NCBI RefSeq assembly: GCF_009914755.1
Contig: NC_060930.1
DNA length: 64,000 bases
Direction: 5' to 3' (one strand)
From: the human T2T-CHM13v2.0 reference genome, Homo sapiens
Part shown: one piece after another, positions 1-14,694 of the stretch
Layout: each line of letters begins with the position of its first letter
Numbering within the stretch: the stretch's first letter is position 1
Translations under genes and position numbers: made by a program
Notes under the pieces: model-generated
The model's database searches: none
Told to the model about the DNA's origin: nothing
What the model saw: the letters and a program-made list of their open reading frames with translations, nothing else

Positions 1-479
1 ACTTATGTTTACACTAAGAAAGAGAATATGCAACGCTTTTAACCAAATTTTGTCATTAACTCAGCTGTAATTAAAATATTCTCTACCTCAGAGTTTTGCA
101 TCTTTAAAAATGGAAATATAATATAATTGATTAGGTGCCAATCAGTTTTATTTAATCTGATTTGATTCCTTAAGTAAAAGGGTTAAATTTTTAGAAATTT
201 AAATTGTTTTTATTAAAGAGGGAAAAGGAAGCTAAATAATTTTCCAGTGTAGCTATGTAATTAACTTAGCTGCTGAAAGATGAAGGCATGGTTTACAGGG
301 AGAATATGGAGTAGAAAAGAAAAAATAAAAGATAAAGGAGAGTTATAATCTAGAAACTGGGAAAAAAGGATATAGATTGACTATTACCAAAATAGCGACC
401 TAGACTTGTTGTTTTTTCAAACTATAAAAGTTTATTCACTGCAAATAGTTAAATAATATAGTAAAAACTGTGTAATTAA

Positions 480-2060
480 TACTTTAAAATCACTTTTACG
501 TTGACACAGTAAAAAGCATCTTAAAGTTTGTATGACTATCTTTCTAGACGTTTTCCAATGCTATACATGAGTAAACTTAACAGAAGTCATGTAGCACTGA
601 TTGTCTTTCTTATATGAACATTTGATACACGTCTTTTGATGAACAAAAGCAATGATTTCTCTTAGGCATTTATCTAGGTTCAGAATTCCTGGGTCAAAAG
701 GTGATAATATATCCAGCTTTAGTAAATACCGTCAAACAGATTTTCAAAGTGGTTGTAAAAGTAGGTGGTTGTTTCATTCACATTTTCCTTTACCTTCTCA
801 TCAATTGTTGGTATTGTCAGTATTTTACATTTTAGCCATTCTTGTGTGTTTATAGTGATATTGGAGCGTGCAATTTTTGTACCTCCTTTTTTTTGTATTT
901 CCAAGGTGACTAATGATGTTGAGCTGTTTTCAAATGTTTATTAGCTACTTGCATTACCTCTTTTGTGAAGTTCATATTCAAGTGTTTTGTGAAATTGTCT
1001 ATCGGATTATCTGTCTGGTCCTTATTGAACTGTAGTAGTATATTACTCTAAATATTATAGCATACACATTTAACTTATTACAATCTAATATAAATAATCA
1101 GTTTTACCAATTCTATTTATGCTCATCACCTTTTTTGTGTTGTTATTTTTATGAATATTAGTTATACATATATTTAAACATTTATAGAACATACTTATTT
1201 TTATATAAACTTACTTTCATCTTCATTGCTGTCTTTTCTTCTGGTATCATTTTCCTTCTGACCAAATAATTCCCCTTAGCATTTTAAAAATGCAGGTCTG
1301 CTAGTAAAAAAAAAAAATTGTCTTTGTATTACAGAGACATTGTGGTTTATAGGATTCTGAGGGGACATTTATTTGCTTCCAGCACTTTCTTTTGGCTCCT
1401 ATATTTTTAGAGAGATGTCAGCTGTCAATAATATTGTTTCTCTTTTGAAGGTAATATGTGTTTTTCCTCTGGTTGCTTTTTACACTGTTTTTCTTTGGTT
1501 TTCAGAATTTTGAATATGATGCTACTTCAGTATATTATTTGATTTAATTTTATTATTATTTATCTTTCTTGGTGTTTGTAGAGATTCTCAGTTCTATGAT
1601 TGAATATCCTCTGTTGGTATTTTTAAAATTCATTATCTCTTCAAATATTTATTCTGCCCAATTCTTTGTTACATCTCTTAGAATTCCAATTATAAGTAGT
1701 TTAGTTCATATATATTTCACTAGTCTCTTACAGTCTTTCCTGTGTTTTTCTTTTTTCTCTCTGCGTGTATCTGTATAAATAATTCTTTTTGATCTGTCTC
1801 CCAGTTCACTAATTCTCTTTTTGCTTATATTTAAATTTACTGTTATTATCATGCATTCATCTAATTTCACATATTATATTAATAGTTCCAGTTTTATAAT
1901 TTCTATCTTATTATATTTTGCGGAGTCAAATTTTCTTATAAAATCCCTGAAATTTTACTGTTTTAGCCAGTTTTCTGTATTTTCTTAAACATACTAGTCA
2001 TTGTTGTATCCTTTTCTGCAAAATCTGGATCATCTACAGATCTGTTCTATTTTTTATTAT
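480..2060 (-). mobile_element. Degraded old L1 (L1M/L1ME-like) fragments
   Basis: T-rich antisense L1-like motifs, e.g. gactaatgatgttgagctgttttcaaatgtttattagc (~908) and gcaggtctgctagt...gtcagctgtcaa (~1290-1430); boundaries approximate. Confidence 0.55.
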
Positions 2061-2094
2061 ACTGTACTTTCTTAGATGAATTTAATTAAATTAA

Positions 2095-2399
<305 letters not shown>

Positions 2400-3600
2400 C
2401 TTGAGATAAATTTTAAAAGTTGAATTTAAAAAATTATATTCCAGACATTGTGCATAAAAATATAGATTTTTAAGTTCTTCATGTCATAATACATTGTAAC
2501 AGGGAGTGGGTCCGTATTTTCATTTGTGAAGTAGATACAATGGGGGATGACCATCTTAACCTAATCAGGGATTAAGCCAAGCTATGTCCATAGTCAATCT
2601 ATATCTATTTTTCCCAGTTTCTAGATTATAACTCTCTACGCATATGGTGATTAGTAGTTTCCTCTCTAGTGTTTTTTTTGTTTCTTAATACCAAAACACT
2701 GCCAAAAATTAAGATCAGTATTTTAGAGGATTGTCATTTAGGATTTTATTCTACTGTTTTTTTTTTATTTAACCAAATTCATAATGAAGCAAACGCCTGG
2801 TGGGGAAAAGTCATTGTGTGTTTGAAGCCCTCATATCTTCAATTTTGTTACTGTAGTAGCATCCCTCTGCTTTGGCAAAACATGGATCTTTATCCACTAG
2901 CTATGGCCAAAATTAGCAAAGGTCTCAGGAATAATGTTACTATAGATGGTCAGTATACTTCTTTTGCATAAAACTTACTGTTGTATAATAAATTACAACA
3001 AACAACAGCTTAAACTGATATATTTATTGTCTCTTGGAGACAAGAAATATATTGTCTCAGTAGTTTGAGTCCAGCTTAGCCTAGCTATTTTTTCTGGGTT
3101 CCACAAGGCTACAGTCTTGCTGTTGGCTGGGCAATGTTCCATTCTTGAGCTTTCAGGGCCCTCTTCTAAACCCAGGTGGTTGTTGGTAGAATTCAGTACA
3201 CAGTGGACAGCAGCACCCAATGGCAAACAGCTTTCCCCTGCAACTTCTTTGAGTGGTTTTGCAGCAGAATGCCTCCAGCAAGGTAATTCCTTAAGAACAA
3301 CTCTTCTTGGCACCACAGAAGGAAGATGTGGTAGGGTCCAAAGGGTGATTTCCAGCAAGTCTTTCCAGTGTGATACTACGGTGATTTCTTGGCCATTTAG
3401 GTGCCAAGCCATGCTCTTTCCAGCAAGTTTTGGAGCTCAGTCATGGGGATGGGGACTCTTCTTTGGATGCTCTAACACAGCCCTAGAAATATGGCTGATT
3501 CTTATAACTACTATTCCTCTCTTCTTTATAGTTCTCTTTTCCCCTTAGTAGATAATCCCTCATTATTCAAGTGCCCTGTTATAGTTAATAGTTCATTTTA

Positions 3601-4230
<630 letters not shown>

Positions 4231-4849
4231 CTGACTGATACACACTGTATTGATTTTAATGACTGTTTTCCTGCCACCACCAATTATTATGACATAATCT
4301 ATGACCGTTGTTCCTTGCTATGAAGACAGATTTATAGCAAATCTACAACTTTCCTAAAGCACGTTAACGTAAGCCACTTAAAATAATCACAAAGAAAGTG
4401 AGAGATAGAGATGGAATTTTTTTAAAAAAGGGCTAATTTTGTAAATAATAAAACTAAGAGTAGAAAAAAGCAAAATAATTTGTAAGAGAAAAATAAATAT
4501 AGAAGATCAAAGTACATCAAGGGAAGATGACTAGAATATAACTGCATATTTATTTTCAACATAGTTATTAGGAAAAATTAAGCAAAAAAGTAAATAAAAC
4601 CAAAATTCAAAGTGACACATATAACATCCTAGACAATCAAACATACTTTAAGAAGTACATGGCCCAAATAAAAGGAATTCAATAGGCTCAAATAAAATGA
4701 AACAGGTAAGCACAGAGTTAGCAAGTGTCAAAGTCTTTTTCTAGCCTAAGGGCTTCAGTCAGACCTCAGGTAACTTGAACTGAAATGAATATACAAGGTT
4801 TCAAGGATATGATACAAAGCTGCAATCTACACAATCCACGTTCCTTATA

Positions 4850-5430
4850 AAACTGAAAGTGCACACACTCTGTGACCCAGTAATTCTGTGCTTGGAAGTA
4901 ATTTCATAAAGGTCAAAACTGAAATGCCTCTAATATGTATCAATAGAAAATTAGGTTATTGCAGTATATTTATATAAGGAAGTACAATACAGCAGTGAAG
5001 ACTGTATTAGAACGATATTCAGCTATATGAATAAATCTCTTTATCAGATTTATTATATCTTTCAGTTTTTTCAAAAGTAAGTCACAGGATAATACAGCAT
5101 GAATTCATTACAGTATGAGTCTACTTATGCAAATTTTAAAAGCCACTGTCACAAGCAATATCTTTTTACGAGATGCATAATTAAGTTGTATAATTATAAG
5201 TTCCAGCAAAGGTATGTTTAATACAAAATATTGGATCATGGTTATGTCTTCAGGAGGAGAACAATGGCATAAATGCAGACAGCTTCTGAGGAACTATAAA
5301 GTTCTGTATTTTAACTTGTGTTTTGATAGCTCAGGTGTTTATTATATTAACATCATAAGCTACAGCTGAATATATATAAATTCATGCACACACTTGTTTA
5401 GACTTTTTATGCATTGCATGTTTCATAACA
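4850..5430 (+). mobile_element. Old L1 (L1ME-like) 3' fragment
   Basis: tgacccagtaattc..., aatacagcagtgaa..., aagtaagtcacag resemble L1M 3' UTR. Confidence 0.5.
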
Positions 5431-5548
5431 ACATTGGTTTACCTTCTAAAATACAATCTTGAGAGAGCATGAAAAGTTCTAAATCAATTAATATGAAACT
5501 ATCTAAACTATTCTAAATCATTTTGATATAAAAACTCTAGGGATGCTA

Positions 5549-5852
5549 TTTTTTATTTTTTTTGAGACAGAGTCTTGCCCTGTTGCCCAGGCTGGAGTGC
5601 ACTGGTGCAATCTTGGCTCACTGCAACCTCTGCCTCCTGAGTTAAAGTGATTCCCCTGCCTCAGCCTCCCGACTAGCTGGGACTACAGGTGTGTGCCACT
5701 GCAGCTGGCTAATTGTTGTATTTTTTAGTAGAGATAGGGTTTCACCATGTTGGCCAGGCTAATCTTGATCTTGAACTCCTAACCTCAAGTGATCCACCTT
5801 CCTCGGCCTCCCAAAGTGCTGGAAGTACAGGCGTGAGCCACCACGCCTGGCC
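5549..5852 (-). mobile_element. AluS
   Basis: Full dimer; flanking gggatgcta duplicated on both sides. Confidence 0.95.
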
Positions 5853-6776
5853 AGGGGATGCTAATTTTGGCTTCATATTTTACTTAACAGGTTTGTCCTA
5901 TGTTTGGTGGGGTGGAGAATAAGTAAGTGTGTAGATGTCCTTGATTCACCCAATAGCCAACCATCTAACATGTGCATTTCAAGAGCTTTCTGATTGTAGA
6001 AATATCAGTGTGGCTTGAGTTCTTCAAGAAAGAGTAAAAAGAGAGGAAACCCATTGGTAACATGGCATTAGAAGCATCTCTATTTCATTGGAGAATACTA
6101 CTCTGATTTGTAGCATGTTACGAGAGTGCAATCATTTTCACCTTTCAAAATTCTCAGAATTGTTTAAATATCATTAAGTTATGTAACAGCCACAAGTTCT
6201 CTTTTAAATAAAATATTTGAAAGTAGTTCTTACCATTTCCCTTGAAATTATTTGATTGTTTTATTATGTATTCAATAAAATGTTCTATGTACAGTGGTTT
6301 TGAACGTGAGTGTATATGTGTGTGTGCATAGGCACATGTATATATTTGGGAGGAGAAAAAAAACAAGAAAAATAAGAATACTGAAACAATGGCTGAAGTG
6401 TTCTACAGATAAAACTGTTAAAGCATGGTGAGTGTCATGGATAAACAGTCTAAGGAATGCGACCTTGAACTAACAAATATCATTTTATGTAAAAGTTCAC
6501 AAAATTAATTTTATTTTCATGGGTTGTATATTAAAGAAAGAAAACTATATATCAGAATCTATATATGGTCACAATTAAAATTAGACAGGCTGACTACTGG
6601 TTTTAAGTTTAGACTGTTGAGTTGATAGCCCCAAGTATTTTACTATTTTCTATTTTGTAATTCCAAGTGTTTAATGTTTTCTCAAGTTATTCACTACATG
6701 TGATTGTCATAAGAACCATGTATTATGGAAGTGATTGTTATTGGCAGGGGCTGGGTGTTTGGGATTGGGGGGTGGG

Positions 6777-6780
<4 letters not shown>

Positions 6781-6823
<43 letters not shown>
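6781..6823. repeat. (GA)n microsatellite
   Basis: ~21 perfect GA units. Confidence 0.98.
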
Positions 6824-6827
<4 letters not shown>

Positions 6828-7584
6828 TATGAGAAACTCAGAAAAACATACTCAGAAAAGATATATTTTGTCCAAGATCAGATTTTAGGCGACAGGACCT
6901 GAACTCAAGCCAAAATTTCTTGGCTTTTAGTTCTTCATCACTTTGCCTAAGGAGTAGGATGGCATGATGATTTATTCAAGACTAATCTGGAAACAGTGTC
7001 TTCAGGTAGAATTGAAGAGGAACGACTAGAAAAGAGAGACAATTTAGAGGGCTGTTAACGAATTCTGGATGGAGGTAACAAAGGCCTGGATTTAAATGGT
7101 AGCTGTGAAAATGGATCCTGCTTTCAGCTTTTTAACTGTGTCCCATGTCCTTTTACACATTTTCTGTGAGAACTAGTTTGATTGAGAGTCTTTACAATCC
7201 TTTTAAAGGTCTCTCTGGTGTTTTTTACAATGAGCCGAATGCTTTGGGATAATCTCTCTGATTTATCTGAGCTTAGTAAAATGTTCAATAAAAGTGGACT
7301 ATTTGAATTCAGTGAAAGAGCACAGACTGCTGTTAGAATTTTGGACTGTTTTCTAATTTCTACATATAAAAGGATGACAAACATTCAAGGAAAATAATAT
7401 GCTCCATGGATTTCATCCCTCTGTAAAACAATGAAGTTTGAGATTTGGCCCCAGAGCTTTTGTCTATTTGCAATTTCCTCTGTTTCAAATCCACATTTCT
7501 TCCTATCGCCTTGGTTTATTTACACCTGGACACGTCCAACTTTAGTTAGGTAAATATCTCCTTGTAGATTATAATGTTTACTTG

Positions 7585-7730
7585 TGCATGGTAGCATGCA
7601 AAGGGCACTAATCTAGAACTTGCAAAGCCTGCATTCTAGACCAGACTCTGTTACTTTCTCGAGTTAAATTGCTAAATTACTTTTGTTAAATTGTTCAGCC
7701 ACATGGCGTCTGTGTCCTCGAAATGGAGTT
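7585..7730 (+). mobile_element. MIR fragment
   Basis: gggcactaatctagaac...cctgcattctagaccagactctgttact core-like. Confidence 0.45.
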
Positions 7731-8172
7731 CTAATTTTTATACTAATTTTCTTTTGCTTGCAGATATATTTAATAACACCAAGGAAACAAAAACTAAGTA
7801 TATAGTTTAAGTCCTTTGTAGCTGGTAAATCAGGGGCAAATATATCTTATCATTTATTTATTTGTTAAAAAAACATATGGCCAGATTTGATGGCTGGTAT
7901 GAGGTTACAACTATTGATTCAGGGCTGATGACTTGGGAAAGCTAATAAGCAAATCTTTGTGGCAGATTCTTCAGATTGACTCACTAAGTACTATTTCCAG
8001 TCCCCTTCTACATGCTTTTCTCTTCCACAGGGGCTAGACAACTAATGAGCATGTTTTCTGGATTCCTTTGCAGCTAGATTTATGCACGTACTCCAGGATA
8101 TTTTCAGCAGACAAACCCACATAAGACTTGGAAGCCAAAGATAAACAATGTGAGATGGCAGCTACACCTAGA

Positions 8173-8986
8173 GTGCTAGTTTTCCAGAGAAACAAAACAA
8201 TATGGTGTTGTATATATGTACAGTTGACTGACCCTTGACAACATGGGTTTGAAACTCACACGTCTGCTTATATGTGGAGTTTTTTTCAATAAATGCAGTC
8301 AGCCGTCTTTATCAGCAGGTTCCACATCCACAACTCAAAGCAAATGGAAAATACAGGATTAGTGGGATACAAAACCTCCATACATGGAGTGCTGACTTTT
8401 CGTGTCCTTGAGTTCCACAGGGCACACCGCAGGACTTGCAGGACTTGAGTATGCACAAATGTTGGTATTCTTCCTGCAGATACCAAAGGACAGCTGTATA
8501 AATATATGCATAGATATGTATGTATATATACATACATATAAATGTGTGTGCACACATTTAATACTATTAAATAATTGGCTTACACAATTATGACAGTTAG
8601 CAAGTGTGAAATCTGTAAGGAAGGGTTGCAGGATGGAAATTCAGTTAAGAGTTGTAGTATTGACTCCAAAATCTATAAAGCATGTTAGCATGTTGGAAAC
8701 TCAGGCAGAATTTTTATATTGCAGACTTGATGCAGAATTTTTCTCGTTTTTTGAGAAATTTTTCTTTGCTTATAAGGCCCTCAACTGATTGAATGAGGCC
8801 TTATGAGGGTAAGGAGCATAATCTCCCACATTATGAAGGGTAATCTGCTTTACTTAAACTCAAGTCAACTGATTATAAATGTTAACTATGTTGTAAAAAA
8901 TACCTTCAGGGCAACAATTATACTAGTGTTTGATGAAACAGCTGGGCACCACAGCCTAGCCAATTTGACATATAAATTAACCATCA
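8173..8986 (-). mobile_element. MLT2-type LTR (interrupted by a Tigger2-derived MITE)
   Basis: ttttccagagaaaca..., aggccctcaactgattgaatgaggcc, ends cctagccaatttgacatataaattaaccatca. Confidence 0.85.
8221..8496. mobile_element. Tigger2/MER8-like non-autonomous DNA transposon
   Basis: Termini cagttg...cagctg flanked by TA on both sides; left end resembles Tigger2, body resembles MER8. Confidence 0.8.
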
Positions 8987-9948
8987 TGACTGGGAAGATT
9001 ATATTTTGGGAAGCTTTGTTAGCATTTCTACCATCCAGGGCTTAGTAGTGTAGATGCCAAACAACATATTACAGGACTAGTGGGGCTTTTTCAATATTCT
9101 TATGTAAAAACCAAGCTGATTTACCAATGCTTCCAAGACAGTTTTTTTTTTTTTTTTTTTTTTTAGCTCTTAATAACATCTTGCTAGTTTAAACAAATTA
9201 TAGAAAGGATACTGTTGTCTGCAATTAAGAATGCTGGCCAAAATAGAAGTGCCTTCAAGTGATATAACGTCAATTATATGGAAACTAGAATTGATTTTCT
9301 GACCTAGATGGAGCTTGGAACAGTGAGGATCTGGTTAGCATTAGAGAACGAGATACTGATAGTCCATGAGGGACAGAGGTCTGCTTAAATTATGCCTCTT
9401 GTCAATTCAAATGCATTTTTTCATAAAGCCAAGGCTTTTGCAGACTGAATGGATATGGTAGTTGTTCATTTTGAAAGTCAGAATGCATATGAACTTATGA
9501 GATCAGCTGGCTATTTCTGACTTCCATAGCGATCTTATGGGGAAAAAAATAACATAATTAAGATTTTAAATGTTTGGCTGGAATAACTGCCACCAGATAA
9601 TATCCCATGATTGAACAAAAAAAAAAAAAAAAAAAAAGGAACAAAGAGAGAAGAAAGAAGAAAGAAATGTGTCCCCAAAGGGCAACACTGACATCACCGA
9701 AAATAAGATGCAGAATTTAGTTTTTAGTATTACTGTATTATAATGATTGGCTAATTGCATTCACAACTTTGCGAAAGTTAGGAAGGATTGTGCAAAAACC
9801 TGTTAAATATGAGTTTGAATGGGTTTTGAGGCAGAAGAGGGAGAAACAATTATTGACAAACTTATTTGTATAGGGAACTAAAAAATTCTGGACTTGTGTG
9901 CCAGAAAGAGCAGCAGTGGCTCTGTTGGCTTTATTAGTTGACTGATAC

Positions 9949-10096
9949 TTCTTTTTTCTTTTTTTTTTGTATGTTTTTAGTAGAGACGGGGTTTCACTGT
10001 GTTAGCCAGGATGGTCTTGATCTCCTGACCTCGTGATCCACCTGCCTCGGCCTCCCAAAGTGCTGGGATTACAGGCGTGAGCCACTGCGCCTGGCC
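9949..10096 (-). mobile_element. Alu left monomer only (AluY/Sc-like)
   Basis: tttttagtagagacggggtttcactgtgttagccaggatggtc...gccactgcgcctggcc. Confidence 0.9.
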
Positions 10097-12705
10097 TCTA
10101 CTTCTCAGACGAGGTTTGTGCTCAATGAAGTTTACATAACAAAAATATCCTTGTAGAAAAATGCAGAGGAAGGAATGCAATGACTTTGAGCGATAGGAAT
10201 ATTGAAGAGCATTTAGTATGTACACCCCATCTACCCTCAAATACAGTCCTCAGAGTAACCCAAAGAGTACATTTTCTATGGCACTTGGGATAGCACTAGA
10301 ATCTTTGAAAAGCAGTGTGACGATTGTTCCCTGTAGCCTGAAATAAAAGTAGGAGACGTTGCCATTGAAGTGGGCTTTTTATTTCATGTTTGAAGAGGCT
10401 AAATATCAGTATTCCACTGCCAGATAAAATGGCATGGTTATAATGATGGGCAACAAAGAAAGAATGGTAAGCAGAATATTTTGGTCCACCTAGATCTTTG
10501 TCAACCTCCAATATGTCATAAAGGCTTTGGTACCAAAATAGATAGCCAGGTTCCTAAGTCCTTCCTAATTGCTATTAATACTTCTCTCACTCAAAAAAAT
10601 TTTTAAAAAGACAAAATAGTCTACTAAACTGAGGCCTAAATTGAGCTGCAAAATGGCCAATTTTATTACCCACTCAATTGCTAAACCCAAATAAGTTTAG
10701 AGATACAGCACAGCTTGCAGGAATGCAAAGCCAGATCTGTTGGAAGAAGATGTTTGAAACAGCCTAAGTATATAAAATAAGATTTCTTTTTAGCCTTGCT
10801 CAAAAAACCTATGACCATTCACCAAAGTAATTGTGCAGTGGAAAAGGTACATAAACAGATTGTTTTTAGATATTGGAAAATAGGCACAGAGTTACTGCTA
10901 ATCTTCTGGGTACTGAAAAAGCTATTTTTTTCCTTGTAAGGAAGAGCTAATGAGCATAAAGTAACAAAATTAAGGACTGACTTAAAAGATATAGGAATTT
11001 TCATCTACTCCTCCCAATTTAAGTGACCGGATTGCCTATATAGAAGACAAAATGGTTTAAACTGATGCTTTTAATATCTTATGGGGTATATGATTCTTTA
11101 ATAATACAAATAAGTACCATATGTCACCATGACACTTTATATGCAGTTATTGTTTTTTGCCAACTTTCTATTTTGATAAGTTGAGAACACTAGAAGGAAT
11201 TTATTTCATCTGGTCAGGCAAATACTATACCTTCAGTGTCTAACTTTAGAAATATGTTATTTCTCTACCTCTGGACCATAATTATATCTGCAGAGAATCT
11301 TATAATTTCAACATCACCCAAAACATCACACCAGTCCTTTTCACTGATGGAGTGTGTGAATAGAATATAGGGAGCAAGAAATAACAGGTACCTAGATGCT
11401 TTGATAAGAGACATGCATTCAGGAGGGTAAGATGTAATTCTAAGGAAATTTAGAATCCCAAAAGGATATCAATTTTTCCCAAGACCCAATAGTTTGAAGT
11501 ACATTGGGATCTTGTTTTCAATGTAAAAATCACACTGCTTTTAGCTATGTCCAGCCTTAAAAAAAATTTTAATTTGAATTTTGGAAGCAGTAGATATTTG
11601 GTATATCTGTAATCTCAACCTATCTATTGGATAATTAGGCTACTAGTTTTTAATTGGGACCAAGCACAAAAGAAGACCTTCTAGCTTCCTCGGGCTGGAG
11701 GACAAGCAGTTCTTCCACTTAGTCTATATGAGCAAACAGATTTAGCGATGTTGGACATGTTTGTGACCCACTGGGATACTGAAAGGAGCCTGTGACAAGC
11801 CTGAAGAAAAGAATCATACTACCAGCTTCTAGGTTTTAAGTAAAGCTATATCCTTTAAAAATACTATACTAGTTTGAAAAATAGCACTTGCCTCTGTTAG
11901 ATATTCTATGGATATTCATGAGATGCCATTTAATCATGTGACCTGAGCTTCCCATCATGGTTTGTGTTATTTAATCCACAAAACACATAATTTTTGGCAA
12001 GCCAGGAAGTGGTATACATGAGAATAAACTCAAGAAGATGTTGAAGGTATGAGAAAGGGAAATGAATAGGTGATCACTTTCTCCATGTGCTTGCTCCTGC
12101 TGCATTGCTACCTCTTCCTCAACCAATTCTTGGAGCTTCAGGGAGTTCTATGTGCCTAATGACTGAGGATGATAAACTTGAAATCTAGCTGTGAATACCT
12201 CTGTAAGATGTTCTGGCACCAATCAGAAGTAGAATACTCTAGAAATATAATTTATAATTAACCTTGGATGACAGTTCAGTAAAGAAATCCTCTCAGTAAG
12301 CAAAACTTTGAGGAGTATAGATATTTTTTCTCTTTGATTAGAGGGAATGATGAGCATGGTGTGGCTTTATTTCAATTTATGAGGTACGGTTTTTGGCCAG
12401 ATGATCAGGGATTTGAAAGGACAAGTTTGGGAGATTAATAGTAAGGTTTGAGGGAAAATTATGTAAATTGGTCTCACATTTGAAATATCTGTGCCCCATG
12501 TAAATGATCAGCAGATGGTTCTGTCTACAGAGGAATCTCTCAGTAATCAGCTAAAAGATTCACTTTTGTTTCTGTCAGGCAGTCTCTTTTTGCACTCATC
12601 CCAGCTCTTATTTTATGTGATCATGAACAATGTTCCACAATGAAAGTCTACAGATAGGCTTATGAGCATGAGACAACCCTCCTCAAGGGTGCTCTTCATG
12701 TTGGT

Positions 12706-13025
<320 letters not shown>

Positions 13026-13244
13026 ACTGATGTTGGTATTCTTGAGTACCCAACCTGCCATGTGTGGGATGTACATCGAACATTTGCTATAGCACCATAA
13101 TTTGGAGAGAATAATCTTCCACTTTGGAGAAGGTCAGTTATGTTGGAGACTTCAATTTTGAAAGGGCAATGTCTTGTCCTCATTATAATTGACTCTTATT
13201 CTGGATATGAATTTTTCCTTTCTTCCTAACATTTATTTTGTCTT

Positions 13245-13283
<39 letters not shown>

Positions 13284-13429
13284 TGTATGTATTTATTTAT
13301 ATAGTTTTTTAGATATGAGGTCTTGCTATGTGGCCCAGGATTGTCTCCAACTCCTGAGCTCAAGCAATCTTCCCTCCTTGGTCTCCCAAAATGTTGGGAT
13401 TTCAGGAATGAGCCACCATGCAGAGCCCC
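13245..13429 (-). mobile_element. FLAM/Alu monomer with (TTTA)n tail
   Basis: tcttgctatgtggcccagg...ctcctgagctcaagcaatc...tcccaaaatgttgggatt. Confidence 0.85.
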
Positions 13430-14306
13430 TAACTTATTCCTGCAGAAACTTTATTCATAAATATATTTTCTTATTTTCTGTTATAAAAACCAAATGAGCA
13501 AAACAAAATATAGTTTCTGACCAATGAATTTGTTTTGCAACAGAAGAAGTAAGGAGATTTTTTAGTGCTCATGGAATTTATTTTTTAAACTTTTTAAAAA
13601 TTCATGTATTCTATTACCAAATAGCCCTTACCTTATAAAAATAAAATCCTTATTTAAGACGAAATAATGAACCAGATGGGAAAAATGCATTAAGGAGTTT
13701 TGGTGTTTCCCTACAGAATGCAGAACAGGTTCTTAACCAGCAAATGATATATAGTGACATTTCCCCATAGCTGGAAGGCACGGATCTGGGAACCAAAGGG
13801 TGAAAGAGAGAGAGCTACTTTTTTGCTTCCTATTCTTGTAACTTTATACAGTACTGGTATAGAAATCTTATAAGACAAGAAATCAATACCTCCAACAACG
13901 GTTGTGTCGCTGCCCTTGAACAAAAAGTTGAGACAATCAACCAGCCATTTTTTTGCTTGCTTTTCCTGCCACTGGATGGTCATACCACCAGGCAAACATC
14001 TTGACTCAGTTAGCAAGTGATGTGCACATGATGCAATACAATGAGAGGAGGGAGAATCATGCTTGCAACACAATCTATGCTAACTATGAATTAAATACTA
14101 TCTCTATCTCATGCAGACAGGACTGCACAGGTATCTTGGGCATAAAGTTTTTTAAATTTTCTCTTCAGTTAAAGAACTATAGCTAGTCAAGATGCTTCCT
14201 GAGAGAAAATGGAATAAGAAATGGATATAGGTATAGTGAAAAGAAGGTATAAATACAAACCACGGTCTTGTGAAGAATTCCAGAAATAAAAGCAATAGCA
14301 GCTACC

Positions 14307-14694
14307 TGTATTAATTCGTTCTCACACTGCTATAAAGAACTACCTGAGACTGGGTAATTTATGAAGCAAAGAGGAGTTAACTGACTAACAGTTCCACAGG
14401 CTGTACAGGAAGCATGGTTGAGAGGCTTCAGCAAACTTACAATCATGGCAGAAGATGAAGGAGAAGCAAACATATCTTCACATGGCAGCAGAAGAGAAAG
14501 AGAGAGAGCTAAGGGGAAATTGCTTTACACTTTTAAATAACCAGATCTCGTGAGAACTCACTCACTATAATGAGAACAGCAAGGGGGAAATCCTCCCCCA
14601 TGATCTAATCCCTTCCCACTGAGTCCCTCTCCCAACACTGGGAACTGCAATTAGACATGAGATTTTGGTGGGGATGCAGAACGAAACCATAGAA
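14307..14694 (-). mobile_element. MaLR solo LTR (MSTA-like)
   Basis: tgtattaattcgttctcacactgctataaagaactacctgagactggg...aaaccatagaa; 5-bp TSD ctacc at 14302-14306 and 14695-14699. Confidence 0.92.

Noticed and set aside
2993-3548. 139-aa and 143-aa overlapping ORFs
   Set aside because: Lie in LTR-like sequence with no recognisable domain
7124-7397. Overlapping opposite-strand ORFs as a coding exon or transposase tail
   Set aside because: No recognisable protein; only a faint resemblance to a Tigger C-terminus (QTS); no convincing splice sites
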